Positions 19,782-20,656 of a stretch of DNA of 20,656 nt are shown piece by piece (positions within the stretch are counted from its first letter, which is position 1; every line of letters begins with the position of its first letter). The notes under the pieces are model-generated. The model had not been told where the DNA came from. It worked only from the letters and a program-made list of their open reading frames with translations, and made no database searches. The DNA is from Vicugna vicugna (taxonomy: Eukaryota): NCBI GenBank assembly GCA_013265495.1, contig MU058423.1, positions 4,364,783 through 4,385,438 of the forward strand, read 5' to 3'. A program made the translations under genes and the position numbers.

Positions 19782-19962
19782 CAGGTTGGCCAGACTTAGC
19801 AAATGCTAATAAAGCATGCTCAGTTAAATCTGAGTTTCAGATCAATAATAAAAAATTTCACACTAAAACTTTATTTATTAAAATTTTTTATAGAAAAAGT
19901 ATTCATTGTTTACAAAGAATTTAAATTGAAGTAGGTGTTTTGCATTTTCTCTGACAACCCTA
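19782..19962. mobile_element. MER53 hAT-type palindromic MITE
   Basis: Termini are 'caggttggccagacttagcaaat' and 'ttttctctgacaacccta'. Inverted arms are 'cagttaaatctgagtttcagatcaataat' and 'attcattgtttacaaagaatttaaattgaagt'. Confidence 0.85.
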
Positions 19963-20120
19963 ACCCCTAACACATGCACACAGGAGGATTTATCTTCATT
20001 TTACAGATGAGGAAACTGAGGCTTAAACTATCCGTTAACACAGAAAAAAATAAACAGCTGCAGTGGAATTCAAACCCAGATCTGCCTAACTCTAAAGCAC
20101 ATACATTTTTCACTACACTT
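19963..20120 (-). mobile_element. MIR SINE; its other part is probably at about 19730-19781, split off by MER53
   Basis: Canonical core 'cattttacagatgaggaaactgaggct...ggaattcaaacccagatctgcctaactctaaagc'. Confidence 0.9.
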
Positions 20121-20266
20121 TCATTGTTCCTTAAGCATATATCGAAAAGTTTAAATATTCCTTAAATTTGCAGGCAAACCTCAACAAATTTGAATGTAAG
20201 AAGACCACAACTTGCATAAGGGCTGTGTCTCAGTCTGTATGGCAGCTATTTAGCATTTGGAAGACA

Positions 20267-20656
20267 TTTTTTTTTAACATTTTTTATTGATTTATAATCA
20301 TTTTACAATATTGTGTCAAATTCCAGTGTTCAGTACAATTTTTCAGTCATTCATGGACATATACACACTCATTGTCACATTTTTTTCTCTGTGATTTATC
20401 ATAACATTTTGTGTATATTTCCCTGTGCTATACAGTGTAATCTTGTTTATCTATTCTACAATTTTGAAATCCCAGTCTATCCCTTCCCACCCTCTACCCG
20501 CCTGGTAACCACAAGTCTGTATTCTCTGTCCATGAGTCTTTAGATTCCACATATGAGCGATCTCATATGGTATTTTTCTTTCTCTTTCTGGCTTACTTCA
20601 CTTAGAATGACATTCTCTAGGAGCATCCATGTTGCTGCAAATGGCGTTATGTTGTC
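20267..20656 (-). mobile_element. Young L1 (camelid-like) 3' end: A-tail, 3' UTR and ORF2 end; runs off the window
   Basis: A T-run at 20267 (minus-strand poly(A)), then 'tttattgatttataatcattttacaat...gtgtcaaattccagtgttcag', a G-rich tract on the minus strand and an in-frame ORF2 C-terminus. Confidence 0.95.
20540..20656 (-). CDS. L1 ORF2p C-terminal 38 aa (partial, 5' end outside the window)
   Basis: The minus strand translates DNITPFAATWMLLENVILSEVSQKEKEKYHMRSLICGI*, the conserved L1 ORF2p C-terminus. Stop codon at 20540-20542. Whether the whole ORF is intact cannot be seen. Confidence 0.85.
   Translation of the reverse strand, partial: DNITPFAATWMLLENVILSEVSQKEKEKYHMRSLICGI

Noticed and set aside
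19782..19962. miR-1302-type microRNA gene in MER53
   Set aside because: The central TTGGGACATACTTAT segment corresponding to the mature miRNA is absent in this copy.
668..20543. ORF-track entries as host genes (e.g. 10021-10533, 10926-11366, 3247-3618, 4940-5296)
   Set aside because: They are short, overlap in several frames, show no domain I recognise, and many lie within decayed repeats. This is expected by chance in mammalian non-coding DNA.

Overview
Repeat-rich, non-coding placental-mammal genomic DNA (intronic or intergenic). I found no supportable host protein-coding exon, RNA gene, CRISPR array or prokaryote-type system. Much of the window is transposon debris, identified by eye from remembered consensus sequences rather than a RepeatMasker run, so subfamily names and most edges are approximate. 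It includes about ten MIR pieces, several fragmented L2s, old L1M 3' ends, an L1-ORF1/HAL1-like remnant, a ~2 kb CR1/L3 remnant, MER5A and MER53 DNA transposons, and two MLT1 MaLR LTRs. It also holds a clean 567-bp ERV-type solo LTR with a GTAT target-site duplication and two young L1 3' ends that resemble camelid L1. The L1 at the right edge has an intact ORF2 C-terminus. The most notable structure the repeat annotation does not explain is an 84-bp segment at 17918-18001, copied from 1.3 kb upstream and flanked by a 32-bp direct repeat, i.e. a locally templated insertion. Three repeat-free, homeodomain-motif-rich blocks are candidate enhancers. I do not see evidence for a new biological system.
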